Part shown: in pieces, positions 14,384 through 24,281 of the stretch | Position numbering within the stretch: position 1 is the first letter of the stretch | How the letters are laid out: every line of letters starts with the position of its first letter | From: an uncultured Chloroflexia bacterium | GTDB lineage: Bacteria; Chloroflexota; Anaerolineae; Caldilineales; Caldilineaceae | Direction of reading: 5' to 3' | DNA: 64,000 bases | Assembly (NCBI GenBank): GCA_963701415.1 | Contig: CAVPAH010000002.1 | Location: forward strand, 157,085 to 221,084 | Notes under the pieces: generated by a model | Seen by the model: the letters and a program-made list of their open reading frames with translations, nothing else | What the model was told of the DNA's origin: nothing | The model's database searches: none | Program-made: the position numbers and the translations under genes

Positions 14384-15999
14384 GTCACCAGATATCCGGA
14401 GCGCAACGGGGCGCACAAACAGGTCTGCAGCCCGGCGTGGACCCCGTTGCCTTGCAGGTCTATCGTCATCGTTTTACGGGCGTGGCCGAAGAGATGGGCG
14501 TCACGCTGCGGCGTACAGCCTACTCGCCAAACATCAAGGAACGTCTGGATTTCTCGTGTGCGCTCTTCGACGGCCAAGGGCGCATGATCAGCCAGGCGGC
14601 GCATATTCCTGCCCACCTTGGAGCAATGCCGGCGAGCGTGGCCACCATCCTGGCGACCTTCTCCGCCTGGGAGCAAGGCGACGTGGTAATCGTCAACGAT
14701 CCCTTCCGCGGCGGCAATCACCTGCCCGACATCACCATGATCACCCCGATCTTCGCCGGGGAGGCGCGGCCCTCGTTTTTTGCCGCGAGCCGGGCCCATC
14801 ATGCCGACGTGGGCGGCATGGCGCCGGGCTCGCTGCCGTTGTCGACCGAGATTTATCAAGAAGGCATTATCATTCCGCCGATCAAGCTCTACCGGGCCGG
14901 CATGCTCAATGCGGAAGCGTTGGACCTGATCCTGGCTAACGTGCGCACTCCGGCCGAACGGCGGGGCGATCTGGCGGCGCAGCGTGCTGCGGCAGCAGTC
15001 GGCGAACGGCGGCTGAAAGAGCTGGTCGAAGCACATGGTCTGGCTGAAGTGCAGGCCTATGCCGGGCACCTGTGTGATTACAGCGAGCGCATCACCCGCG
15101 CCGCCATTAGCACCTGGCCTGACGGCATTTATGCCTTTGCCGATGTGTTGGAACTGGTGGAGGGCGAGCAGGTTACGCTGGCCCCGGTGTGCGTCACCGC
15201 CACGATCGCAGGTGATGAGATCTATTTTGACTTTGAAGGGTCAAGTCCAGTGGTGGCAGGCTCGCTTAACGCCGTGATCGCCATCACGCAGTCGGCCTGC
15301 TACTATGTCGTGCGCAGCTTGATCGAGGACGACGTGCCGATGAACGCCGGCTGTTTTGACCCGGTCCACGTTCATGCACCGGCCAACTCGCTCGTCAACG
15401 CCGAGCGGCCTGCTGCGGTGGCCGCGGGCAACGTGGAAACGTCGCAGCGCATCGTGGATGTCGTGCTCGGCGCACTGGCGCAGGCCCTTCCCGGCCGCAT
15501 CCCAGCGGCGTCCCAAGGGACCATGAACAACCTGCTGATCGGCGGCAAGCGCAGCACTGGTGCGCCCTACACCTATTATGAGACGATCGGCGGCGGCATG
15601 GGGGCGGGACCGGCCGGTGACGGGCTGAGCGGGGTGCAAGTGCATATGACCAACACCCTCAATACGCCGGTCGAGGCGCTGGAGATTGCCTTTCCCTTCC
15701 GCCTTGAACGCTACAGCCTGCGCCGGGGAAGCGGCGGTGCAGGCCGCCACAGGGGTGGCGACGGCATCGTGCGCGAGTACTTGCTGCTCGAACCCGCCGT
15801 CGTCACCATGCAGAGCGAGCGGCGCACTACGGCTCCATGGGGCCTGGCAGGAGGCGCATTTGGCCGGTGCGGGCGCAACGTGCTGATCCACCCAGACGGC
15901 AGTGAAGAGGAACTGCCATCGAAGTTTACGCGCCGGCTGGCGGCCGGCGATCGCCTGCGTGTCGAGACGCCGGGCGGAGGTGGTTGGGGCGAGCAGTAG
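14380..15999 (+). CDS. Hydantoinase B/oxoprolinase (HyuB) family protein
   Basis: Start MSHQISG at 14380 overlaps the upstream stop (ATGA). HyuB signatures: [76 protein letters not shown]. No HyuA partner in the window. Confidence 0.9.
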   Translation: MSHQISGAQRGAQTGLQPGVDPVALQVYRHRFTGVAEEMGVTLRRTAYSPNIKERLDFSCALFDGQGRMISQAAHIPAHLGAMPASVATILATFSAWEQGDVVIVNDPFRGGNHLPDITMITPIFAGEARPSFFAASRAHHADVGGMAPGSLPLSTEIYQEGIIIPPIKLYRAGMLNAEALDLILANVRTPAERRGDLAAQRAAAAVGERRLKELVEAHGLAEVQAYAGHLCDYSERITRAAISTWPDGIYAFADVLELVEGEQVTLAPVCVTATIAGDEIYFDFEGSSPVVAGSLNAVIAITQSACYYVVRSLIEDDVPMNAGCFDPVHVHAPANSLVNAERPAAVAAGNVETSQRIVDVVLGALAQALPGRIPAASQGTMNNLLIGGKRSTGAPYTYYETIGGGMGAGPAGDGLSGVQVHMTNTLNTPVEALEIAFPFRLERYSLRRGSGGAGRHRGGDGIVREYLLLEPAVVTMQSERRTTAPWGLAGGAFGRCGRNVLIHPDGSEEELPSKFTRRLAAGDRLRVETPGGGGWGEQ

Positions 16000-16024
16000 G
16001 CCTCTATCGTGTGGGCCCGCTTAC

Positions 16025-16053
16025 TTGTCCGGGTTGGGGCGCTGCACTATACT
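16025..16053 (+). promoter_or_regulatory. Sigma-70-like promoter upstream of the CelD-like acetyltransferase gene
   Basis: TTGTCC (16025-16030), 17-nt spacer, TATACT (16048-16053), about 85 nt upstream of ATG 16139. Confidence 0.35.
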
Positions 16054-16138
16054 TGTCAGCGCAAAAAAGGCCGCACCGACCGTTGCAGCGATCGCGCGGC
16101 CGCATGCTGAAGTGACCGATCGATCTCAAGGAACAACA

Positions 16139-17276
16139 ATGCGCGACGATTGTATGTGTATGGAGAAGCAGGCACCGGGAGCAAATCCCCAGCCCCATGC
16201 GGCAGGCGCCGCGGCGGCCAAGGGCGCAGAGTTGTATTATCACGTGTATGGCCCAGATGCGTCCCCCGGTGGTTTTGTCGCATTAGAAAAAGAGTGGAAC
16301 CCACTGCTCAAGCGCAGCCACTTTGACAACTTCTTCTCGACCCATGAGTGGCAGACGACCTGGTGGGAAAATCTGGGCGTCGGCGATCTCTGGATCGTCG
16401 CCTTCCGCCGCAGCGATACGGATGCACTCGTAGGCATTGCTGCCTTGTATCTGGTCACGCTTGACTCGGGACCAGACGCAGGCAAGCGCCAGCTGAATCT
16501 GGTCGGCTGTATCGAAGTCAGCGACTATTTGGACTTGATTATTGAGCAGGGTTGGGAGCACTGCGGTCTACACCCACCTGCTGCGCTGGCTGCAGAGCGC
16601 CGATGCACCGCAGTGGGACATCTTTGACCTCTGCAACCTGCCCGAGGTGAGCGCTACATATCGTGACCTCGCAGCACTCTACGCAGACAGTGGGCTTGAA
16701 GTCGAGGTCTTTCAAGAGGACACCGCGCCGCAGTTTGCATTGCCCAGACGTTTTGAGGATTACCTCCAGAACCAGGTCGACAAGAAGCAGCGCCACGAGA
16801 TCCGGCGCAAGCAGCGTCGGGCCGAGCGTGAGGCGACGATTGGACTGATGCTGGTGGGCAAGCAGCACGTGCTCGAAGCGGAAGTGGACGACTTTGTCGT
16901 TCTGCAGCGCGCCAGCCGCGAGGACAAGGCAGAGTTCATGACCCCAGAAATGCGACGGTTCTTCCTGTCCGTTGCCCGCCGGACGTTGGATATGGGGGTA
17001 CTGCGGCTGTTCTTCTTGACGATCAACGGCGAGAAAGCCGCCACCATGTACGCGTTCGAGTACAATCGGCGTCTGTGGCTGTATAATTCCGGCTACGATC
17101 CGCAAGCATACGCCCAGCTAAGCCCGGGCTGGGTCATGCTGGCCTATGTGATCGAGTATGCCATTGCCGCCGGCTGTTCGGTCTTTGACTTCATGCAGGG
17201 CAATGAAGAGTACAAGTACCGGTTTGGCGCCGAGGACTACAAGGTCATGCGTGTCGTCGTGCGGCGGTCGGCCTAG
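16139..17276 (+). pseudogene. GNAT-fold acetyltransferase of the CelD/BcsL (FemAB-like) type, one +1 frame break near 16560
   Basis: ATG 16139 follows AAGGA. ORF 15902-16627 (frame 2) joins ORF 16542-17276 (frame 0) at ...LIIEQGWEH | AVYTHLLRWL. C-terminal hallmark: FFLTINGEKAATMYAFEYNRRLWLYNSGYDPQYAQLSPGWVMLAYVIEYAIAAGCSVFDFMQGNEEYKYRFGA. Confidence 0.75.
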
Positions 17277-17339
17277 ACGGTTGCATAGTGAAATGTCACA
17301 CTGGCTAGATGGATAGAAGCGAGGCAAATAGTACCGGCT

Positions 17340-17729
17340 ATGAACGACGAATACGCCCCCCTCTTTGAGGAGCCCAAGCGAGCCGACGATACCTCGCCAG
17401 CCACCAATCGCACGCGTGCGGCGGCGCGCGGCTACCGCCCTGCCTATGAGAAACCTTCACGCCGGCCGGCTGAAGATCGTGAAGATTCCTTCAATCCCTT
17501 GGCCTGGTTGATCGAAGGTGCCACGGGTTTTGTCGAGGAGATGCGTCGCAGCGACCTAGGCTTGTCCGAGGAGTTCTGGGTCCATGCGGCTGCCGCCCGT
17601 CGCGAGGGTCTGTTGGCCGCACGTGCCTTGCTCGACCAGTTCTTGGAAGAGACGCAGCAGCAGCAGACGGCCGAGCGTGAGCGGCAGGCACGGCAGTCAC
17701 GCCGCGGCGGCGTCAACGTAGACTTTTAG
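17340..17729 (+). CDS. Hypothetical protein (129 aa, charged and Gln-rich C-terminus)
   Basis: Single clean ORF in a gap between annotated genes with coding-like composition. No family recognised and a weak RBS. Confidence 0.55.
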   Translation: MNDEYAPLFEEPKRADDTSPATNRTRAAARGYRPAYEKPSRRPAEDREDSFNPLAWLIEGATGFVEEMRRSDLGLSEEFWVHAAAARREGLLAARALLDQFLEETQQQQTAERERQARQSRRGGVNVDF

Positions 17730-17832
17730 CGCCGTCCAGCTCTCCTCAAAAGGCCCACCACTGTTTCCCCTTAACGTGATCCTTGCGCTAAAATCGCGTG
17801 GGTTCGTAGTCCATACTTGTTGACGGTGTTAG

Positions 17833-20800
17833 ATGATCTCCTCTGTATTCTGGCGGGCCGGCCGCCTCGCAAGGCTGGCCGTGGTAACCGCTGCCTGTGC
17901 TGCACTTGTCGTAACTGCGCAGGTGCAACCCGCCCGCGCTCAGCCAGGTGCAGGCTCCCCCGATGACGGCAGCGCAGCGTGGGCTGATGTGGACATTGGA
18001 CTGCGCAGCGCGTCTGCACAGGGTCCCGATTCGCCTCCGCTGCATTACCGCCTCCTTGAACTGGATACGACCGCGCTGCAAGCCGTTTTGGCGCAAGCAG
18101 CGTCTCCTGGTGGGGAGCTAGCGGCGGCCGTCGCAACGGTGGAACTGGCCCTACCTATGCCGCAAGGCGGCTTCCAACATTTCGCAGTCGAGACGTCGCC
18201 GGTCATGGCGCCTATGCTGGCGGCGCAGTTTCCGGATATGCAGACCTATCGCGGGCGAGGAGTCGACGACCCGACTGCCACGGTGCGCCTGGGGCTGACG
18301 GCACAGGGCTTTCACGCCGTTATCTTGTCCGCAGCGGATACCGTCTATATCACGCGTCAGGGCGCTGGCGGCAGTCCACTGTATTTTAGCTATTTCGAAA
18401 GCGACTACCCGGTAGATGAAACGTTTGTCTGCGGCGTGCGTGATGACGAACATGCCGGCGACGGCATGGCGGCTGCGAACGCCGCTACCAGCCTGCGCGA
18501 CGAATTGAGCGGCCTCAGGACTACGCTTGCCTCAGGTCCAGATCTGCGTACCTACAGGTTAGCGGTCGCGGCTACAGGCGAGTACTCGGCGGCTGCACTT
18601 GCCGGCGCAGGTCTCAGCAATCCAACCGACGACCAGAAGATTGCTGCCGTGATGGCGACGATCGTGGCCCGCGTCAATATGGTCAACGCCATCTATGAAC
18701 GCGAAGTATCGATCCATTTCAATCTCGTTGCCGACAACGCCAAGCTGGTCTATCTAGATGCTGCGACCGATCCCTACACAAACAACCGCATGGACGTGAT
18801 GCTGGGACAGAACCGCGACAACCTGGACGCGGTGATCGGCAGCGCAAACTATGACGTGGGCCATGCCCTGGGTACCGCCGGCGGGGGGATTGCCTACGTC
18901 GGCGTCGCCTGCAGCACCACCTATAAGGGCGGTGGGGTGAGTGGTGCAGGTCCAGCGGAGACCCCGTATACGGTTATGGTCACGGCACACGAGATGGGCC
19001 ATCAGTTTGGCGCCTACCATACCTTTAACGCCAACAGTGCTGCCTGTGGTGGCGGCAATCGCAGCGCCGGCAACGCCTATGAGCCTGGCAGCGGCAGCTC
19101 GATCATGTCCTACAGCGGACTGTGTGGCACAGAGCAGAACCTACCCGGCTACTTTACGACTTTCCACGTCACCAGCTTTGGCCTGATATATGACTACAGC
19201 CGCAACCGGAATGGCTCGAACTGTGGCACGGCCACGCCGACAGGCAACCATGCCCCGATCGTAGATGCGGGACCGGATTTCGCCATCCCGGCGCATACAC
19301 CATTTGTGCTGTCGGGCACCGCCAGCGACCCCGACGGCCAGCCGCTTACCTACAGCTGGCAGCAGGTTGACGTGCTTGCCTCTCCCTATACAGGAACGGC
19401 CACGCTGCAGCAGGCGATGACGGATCTCGGCAGTGGGGCTCTTTACCGCCTGTATGAATTCTCAACCGGCGGCGCAAGCCGCTCCTTTCCTGCACTGGCC
19501 AACGTGCTGTCCGGCACAGTGGATCTGGGCGAGGTATATCCCACGACCAACCGCACCCTCAACTTCCGGCTCTTCGCCCGCGATAACCAGGCGGTCGGCG
19601 GCGGGGCGAACTACGACAGCGTACGGCTGTCAGTGCTGGACACCGATTCCGCTTTCAGCGTGATATCACCCGCAGCCGGCGCATCGTGGACTGCAGGTCT
19701 TGCGCGCCTGGTGCAGTGGAACGTTGCGAATACCAGCGCGGCGCCCATTGCCTGCAGCCTCGTCGATATTCTGTTGTCGAGCGACGGCGGTGCCACATTC
19801 CCCACTGTGCTGGCTGCTACCACTGCCAACGACGGGAGTGAATTGGTATCCGCCCCGATTGCGCCTACCGATCACGCGCGTGTTTTCGTTCGCTGCGCTG
19901 GCAACATCTTCTACAACGTCTCCCCTGAATTTGTCGTGCGGCCCAATACAGGCAGCGGCACTCTTGCGGGCACCGTGCAGGGAACAGGCGGTGCGCCAAT
20001 CGAAGGTGCACTGGTGGCGGTCAGCGGTCCCGATACGGTTGTATTTCCCACCGATGCGGCCGGACACTATTCGATCCAACTCCCAGCCGGCTCTTATTCG
20101 CTGGTCGTATCGGCATACGGCTATGCGGACAGCAGCGAAAACGGCGTGTTGATCGACGATAGCGCCACAATCACGCGTGACATAACGCTTACGGCCCTGC
20201 CACTGCGTACGATCTCTGGCCGGGTGACAGATGGGGGCCATGGCTATCCCCTGTACGCGTCACTTGAATTTACAAAGGCGTTGGCGCCCGTATGGACCGA
20301 TCCGCTGACCGGATACTACACCGTGACCTTGGTAGAAGGCTACGTCTACACGGTTAGTGCCGGTGCGTGGACGCACGGGTTCGTGCCCTACGTGCAAGCC
20401 TTTACGCCGCTGGCGGGCACTACAGAGCTGAACATCGCGCTAGACGCCGATCCTGCCGCCTGCCAGGCGCCCGGTTACAGCGCCGCCACGGGCCAATGCC
20501 TGCCACTCAGCGGCGGCTTATTGGTCGGCAGCACCTATGGGCCTGATGGCGCCCCGTTGGCGGGGGTGAGCATCGGGAGCGGGAGCTTTGCCACCTACAG
20601 TGCCGCTACCGCTGATCCGGCGGTGCCGAACGCGCTCTATAACTTGTTTTTACCGCCGGGAACGCAAGTTGTAACTGCCACAAGCGCCGGTCTGCCGGCC
20701 ATTACCGCCGCGGTGGCGATGACCGACAAGTCCGTGTTGCCGCAAGATTTCGATTGGTATACCGTCTACACGGATGCCAGCCTCAAACAGCTGGCCGCCA

Positions 20801-21102
20801 GCAGTGGGACGCTCACGCCCCAGTTCAGTTCTGCCGTGTTGGGTTACGACATTGCCGTGGCTGCCGATGTGAGCAGCATCGACCTGCTGTTCGCGCCCGG
20901 CCAGCCCGGCGCCGTCGTCAGCGTCAACGGCATTCCCCAAGACTCGGACGCCACTGCGGCCACGGTTGAGCTGCGGACGGGCGCCAACGTGGTTACGGTG
21001 GTGGTCGTTGCGCTGGACGGCGTGACGACCACCATGTATACGATCCGGATCGCGCGTGCACCATGGCCCAACTACCTGTATCTACCAGGCGTTAGCAAGT
21101 AG
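17833..21102 (+). CDS. Secreted reprolysin-like metzincin metalloprotease with carboxypeptidase-regulatory-like and cadherin-like beta-sandwich C-terminal domains
   Basis: Intact 1089-aa ORF. Signal peptide MISSVFWRAGRLARLAVVTAACAALVVTAQVQPARA. Zinc site HEMGHQFGAYHTF (HExxHxxGxxH). GTLAGTVQGTGGAPIEGALVAVSG...AGHYSIQLPAGSYSLVVSAYGY is CarboxypepD_reg-like. LKQLAASSGTLTPQFSSAVLGYDIAV...TMYTIRIAR is cadherin-like. The protein ends NYLYLPGVSK. Confidence 0.88.
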   Translation: MISSVFWRAGRLARLAVVTAACAALVVTAQVQPARAQPGAGSPDDGSAAWADVDIGLRSASAQGPDSPPLHYRLLELDTTALQAVLAQAASPGGELAAAVATVELALPMPQGGFQHFAVETSPVMAPMLAAQFPDMQTYRGRGVDDPTATVRLGLTAQGFHAVILSAADTVYITRQGAGGSPLYFSYFESDYPVDETFVCGVRDDEHAGDGMAAANAATSLRDELSGLRTTLASGPDLRTYRLAVAATGEYSAAALAGAGLSNPTDDQKIAAVMATIVARVNMVNAIYEREVSIHFNLVADNAKLVYLDAATDPYTNNRMDVMLGQNRDNLDAVIGSANYDVGHALGTAGGGIAYVGVACSTTYKGGGVSGAGPAETPYTVMVTAHEMGHQFGAYHTFNANSAACGGGNRSAGNAYEPGSGSSIMSYSGLCGTEQNLPGYFTTFHVTSFGLIYDYSRNRNGSNCGTATPTGNHAPIVDAGPDFAIPAHTPFVLSGTASDPDGQPLTYSWQQVDVLASPYTGTATLQQAMTDLGSGALYRLYEFSTGGASRSFPALANVLSGTVDLGEVYPTTNRTLNFRLFARDNQAVGGGANYDSVRLSVLDTDSAFSVISPAAGASWTAGLARLVQWNVANTSAAPIACSLVDILLSSDGGATFPTVLAATTANDGSELVSAPIAPTDHARVFVRCAGNIFYNVSPEFVVRPNTGSGTLAGTVQGTGGAPIEGALVAVSGPDTVVFPTDAAGHYSIQLPAGSYSLVVSAYGYADSSENGVLIDDSATITRDITLTALPLRTISGRVTDGGHGYPLYASLEFTKALAPVWTDPLTGYYTVTLVEGYVYTVSAGAWTHGFVPYVQAFTPLAGTTELNIALDADPAACQAPGYSAATGQCLPLSGGLLVGSTYGPDGAPLAGVSIGSGSFATYSAATADPAVPNALYNLFLPPGTQVVTATSAGLPAITAAVAMTDKSVLPQDFDWYTVYTDASLKQLAASSGTLTPQFSSAVLGYDIAVAADVSSIDLLFAPGQPGAVVSVNGIPQDSDATAATVELRTGANVVTVVVVALDGVTTTMYTIRIARAPWPNYLYLPGVSK

Positions 21103-21116
21103 TGATGCGGGCTATG

Positions 21117-21456
21117 CGTTAACCATGTAGGTATGGATAGCCCCGGTCATGACGGTGCGGAAGCCCAAGCTTCCGTAAAGGCGTTGGGCTGCGCCGCCAT
21201 CTTCGGCAAAGATAGCCGATCAGGTAGGTAATTTCGCTCGCTTCGAGCGCATCTAGGACCAAACGCGCAAAAGCTACGAAGGAGAGTTGCTCTGTTGCCA
21301 TTGCTTTCGGTCTCGGTAATAGTTCAACAATCCACCGCGCACGATGCGATATGCTTCATACTCGCTCAACTCAGGTTGGCGCAGGCGCAAGCGATCTCCT
21401 GACGAATCTCATCGGTAATGACAAACGGCTCTGTGCGCTGATAGCTAGGGTTTTCC
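21117..21456 (-). pseudogene. Patch of gene remnants: small ORF, N-terminal fragment of a nucleotidyltransferase-like gene, and C-terminal fragment of a GNAT acetyltransferase
   Basis: On the minus strand, MENPSYQRTEPFVITDEIRQEIACACANLS-stop continues one frame over as LSEYEAYRIVRGGLLNYYRDRKQ. Next comes ATG MATEQLSFVAFARLVLDALEASEITYLIGY (resembles the start of MNT/AbiEii-type nucleotidyltransferases). This runs abruptly into another frame reading FAEDGGAAQRLYGSLGFRTVMTGAIHTYMVNA-stop, a typical GNAT C-terminus. Confidence 0.4.
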
Positions 21457-21483
21457 ATGGCGTTGCGTCCGTCGGTCCGACCT

Positions 21484-22407
21484 CTACTCTACCAACCTTT
21501 TTGGCAGGTCCTTGACGCGCGGGTAGCTGGACTGGGCGCCGGCGTACTGGACGCTGATCGAGGCGATCTGGTTGGCGCGGCGGATGGCTTCGGGCAGGGC
21601 CTTGCCGCCGGCCAGGAAATAAGCGAGGCTGCCGACAAAGGCGTCGCCGGCGCCAACGGTGTCCACCGGCTGCACCACCTCGGTTTCTATGTGCAGCGTC
21701 TCGGCCCCGTTCACCAGCAGGCTGCCGCGGGCGCCGAGCGTGATGATGACATTCTGCGCTCCCCGATCCAGCAGGCGGTGAGCCGCCTCGGCCGCGTCAT
21801 CCTCGTTCTTGATGGTGACGCCGGTCAGAATCTCGGCCTCGGTCTCGTTGGGACAGCAGATGTTGCTGAGTTCAAACAGCTCGTCGGGCAGGTCCCTGCT
21901 GGCGGGCGCCGGGTTGAAGATCGTCATCACCCCTGCTTCGCGCGCCTTGCGCAGTGCCAGGCGTGTGCCCTCCAGTGGGATTTCGAGCTGGCAGACCAGC
22001 ACGCGTGCCGAGGCAATGGCCTCCCAGGCCGCACCCACGGCCGTGGCGTCCACGCGTCCATTGGCGCCGGCAATGACAATGATCGTGTTGTCACCCTGCT
22101 CGCTGATCGTGATCACCGCCACGCCTGACGACAGACCCGGGCTCGTGGTGATGTACTCCGTCGAGATGCCCTCGGCGGCCATGTTGGCGCGCATATCGCG
22201 GCCAAACAGGTCGTCGCCGACACTCCCCACAAAGGTGACGGCCCCGCCCATGCGCGCCGCCATGACCGCCTGGTTGGCCCCCTTGCCCCCGTACCCGGTC
22301 GCAAAGCGCAGGCCGTGCATGGTTTCGCCCACCTTCGGAAAGCGGTCCACGTAGGCGTTCATATCCAGGTTGATGGAACCGACGACACAGATGGCTGGAG
22401 CGGGCAT
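21484..22407 (-). CDS. rbsK: Ribokinase
   Basis: Intact 307-aa ORF with a [38 protein letters not shown], and the [12 protein letters not shown] PfkB signature. Confidence 0.92.
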   Translation of the reverse strand: MPAPAICVVGSINLDMNAYVDRFPKVGETMHGLRFATGYGGKGANQAVMAARMGGAVTFVGSVGDDLFGRDMRANMAAEGISTEYITTSPGLSSGVAVITISEQGDNTIIVIAGANGRVDATAVGAAWEAIASARVLVCQLEIPLEGTRLALRKAREAGVMTIFNPAPASRDLPDELFELSNICCPNETEAEILTGVTIKNEDDAAEAAHRLLDRGAQNVIITLGARGSLLVNGAETLHIETEVVQPVDTVGAGDAFVGSLAYFLAGGKALPEAIRRANQIASISVQYAGAQSSYPRVKDLPKRLVE

Positions 22408-22500
22408 GGCGTTGTTTCCTCTAGCTGCGTTTTCTCAATTTATGCGGAGTCTGCGAAAATTGTAGCGCAACTTTCCCATTGGCACGAAAGGCTGATTTGG

Positions 22501-23343
22501 ATGGATACGCAGTACACCTTCGGGGATTACGGCGCAAGCGCCGACTATATTCGCGAGCACACACGCCACCGCCCCACGGTCGGGCTGATCCTGGGCAGCG
22601 GGCTGAGCGGCCTGGCGGAACAGATCGAGGATGCAGATGTTCTAGACTATGCCAAGATCCCGCATTTTCCCGTCAGCACGGTCGCCGGGCATGCCGGGCG
22701 GCTGGTCATCGGCAAGCTTGCGGGGGTAACGGTGTGCGCCATGCAAGGGCGCTTCCACTACTATGAAGGCTATTCGATGCAGTCGGTGACGCTCCCGATT
22801 CGCGTGATGCAGCAGCTGGGGATAGGCACGCTCATCCTGACCAACGCTGCCGGCGGCCTCAACCCTGCTTTCCAGGTCGGCGACATCATGCTGATCGAGG
22901 ATCACATCAATTTTGTCGGCATGGCGGGCGTCAACCCGCTGCGCGGACCCAACCTGGACGAGTTTGGACCGCGCTTCCCAGCCGTCAACCGCACCTATAC
23001 GCTGCGGCTGCGGCAGCTGGCCGAAAAAGTGGCGTCCGCGCAGGGGCTGCGGCTGCAGAAGGGTGTCTATGCCGTGCTGTCCGGTCCTAATTTTGAATCC
23101 CCGGCCGAGATTCGTATGCTGCGCATGCTGGGCATCGACGCCGTCGGCATGAGCACCGTGCCCGAGGCGCTGGTGGCGCATCATGCGGGTATTGACGTGC
23201 TGGCGCTGAGCACGATCACCAACGTGGCCGTGGCGGACCTCGATGCCGGTGCCGAACCCAGCCATGAAGAGGTGATCGACGCCGGCAAAGTCATCGTGCC
23301 AAAGCTGACGGCGCTACTTCTGGGCGTGGTGGCCGAACTTTAG
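22501..23343 (+). CDS. punA: Purine nucleoside phosphorylase (PNP family 2, inosine/guanosine type)
   Basis: Start MDTQYTF at 22501. GLILGSGLSGLAE, PHFPVSTVAGHAGRLVIGKLAGV, MQGRFHYYEGY, LTNAAGGLN, GPNFESPAEIRMLR, DAVGMSTVPEA. Confidence 0.92.
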   Translation: MDTQYTFGDYGASADYIREHTRHRPTVGLILGSGLSGLAEQIEDADVLDYAKIPHFPVSTVAGHAGRLVIGKLAGVTVCAMQGRFHYYEGYSMQSVTLPIRVMQQLGIGTLILTNAAGGLNPAFQVGDIMLIEDHINFVGMAGVNPLRGPNLDEFGPRFPAVNRTYTLRLRQLAEKVASAQGLRLQKGVYAVLSGPNFESPAEIRMLRMLGIDAVGMSTVPEALVAHHAGIDVLALSTITNVAVADLDAGAEPSHEEVIDAGKVIVPKLTALLLGVVAEL

Positions 23344-23355
23344 GAGGATTTAGCC

Positions 23356-24273
23356 ATGAGTTTTCTCAAGAATCTGTTTGGCGGCCAGCGCCTGGACGGT
23401 GCCGCCCTGGTGGAATCGCAGGACCTGAAGGAATATGCGCAGATAGACCTGCTGGCGCAGTTTGACCCGCCGCAGGCGCTGCACGACGCCAAGGAGCAGG
23501 CACGTTGGTCGCGTGTGCTGCCGCGCCCGTACGCCGACGAGATCGCCTTGTTTCAGAAGCAGGGCTGGCTGGAGAAGCGCCCTGGTGGCACTGCGGATGG
23601 CACCTACGCCGTGACGGCGGCCGCCATGCCCTATGTGGAGGCCTGGCGCCGGCGCCTGCAGGCGGAAAAGGATGCCGCCATGGCAAAGGTGCGCGAGGTG
23701 CTGGCCGTGCGCATGACGAGCGAAGCCCTCACGGTGCGGCGCCAGTACGAGAATCGCCTGCCGCTGGGCAAGGCTGACTGGACGGGACCGGATCCCCAAC
23801 CAAGCCACAGCGCCCTAACGCGCCAGATCTTCTTTCTCGAACATCGCATGCTCGATGGGCTGAGCCCCGAGACGGTCGACTGGCTCAAGCGCTACGCTGC
23901 CGAGGAGCACCTGTGGGGTGCCTATTGGCGGCTGCCGTCCGACCAGGTGCCAGCCTCGGTGCAGGCCGAACTGGCGCAGCCCGGCGTCATGGATGGCGCC
24001 GAGGGTGCCTACTGGAAGGCCTACCAGATGGGTCTGTACGTAGACAACCAGGAGACATGGCGCCGCTGCAAAGGGGGTGACCACGTGCGGCGCATCGAGA
24101 TCGTCGGGCCCGACGACCAGTACACCTGCCCAGAGTGCAAGAAGATGCTGGGCAAGGAATTCCTCGTCGCCCGTGTGCCGGAGCTGCCGCACCCAGCCTG
24201 TACCTCCCCGCGTGGCTGCCGCTGCCGCTACGAGCCGGTGCTTGAGACGATTGAAGAGATACCCCTAATCTGA
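23356..24273 (+). CDS. Hypothetical protein with a C-terminal Cys motif resembling the phage MuF/SPP1 gp7 head-morphogenesis domain
   Basis: Intact 305-aa ORF 13 nt after the punA stop. The C-terminus YTCPECKKMLGKEFLVARVPELPHPACTSPRGCRCRYEPV matches the C..C...G......P..HP.C....CRC pattern of that family. The N-terminal 230 aa are unrecognised. Confidence 0.6.
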   Translation: MSFLKNLFGGQRLDGAALVESQDLKEYAQIDLLAQFDPPQALHDAKEQARWSRVLPRPYADEIALFQKQGWLEKRPGGTADGTYAVTAAAMPYVEAWRRRLQAEKDAAMAKVREVLAVRMTSEALTVRRQYENRLPLGKADWTGPDPQPSHSALTRQIFFLEHRMLDGLSPETVDWLKRYAAEEHLWGAYWRLPSDQVPASVQAELAQPGVMDGAEGAYWKAYQMGLYVDNQETWRRCKGGDHVRRIEIVGPDDQYTCPECKKMLGKEFLVARVPELPHPACTSPRGCRCRYEPVLETIEEIPLI

Positions 24274-24281
24274 ACCTTGGT

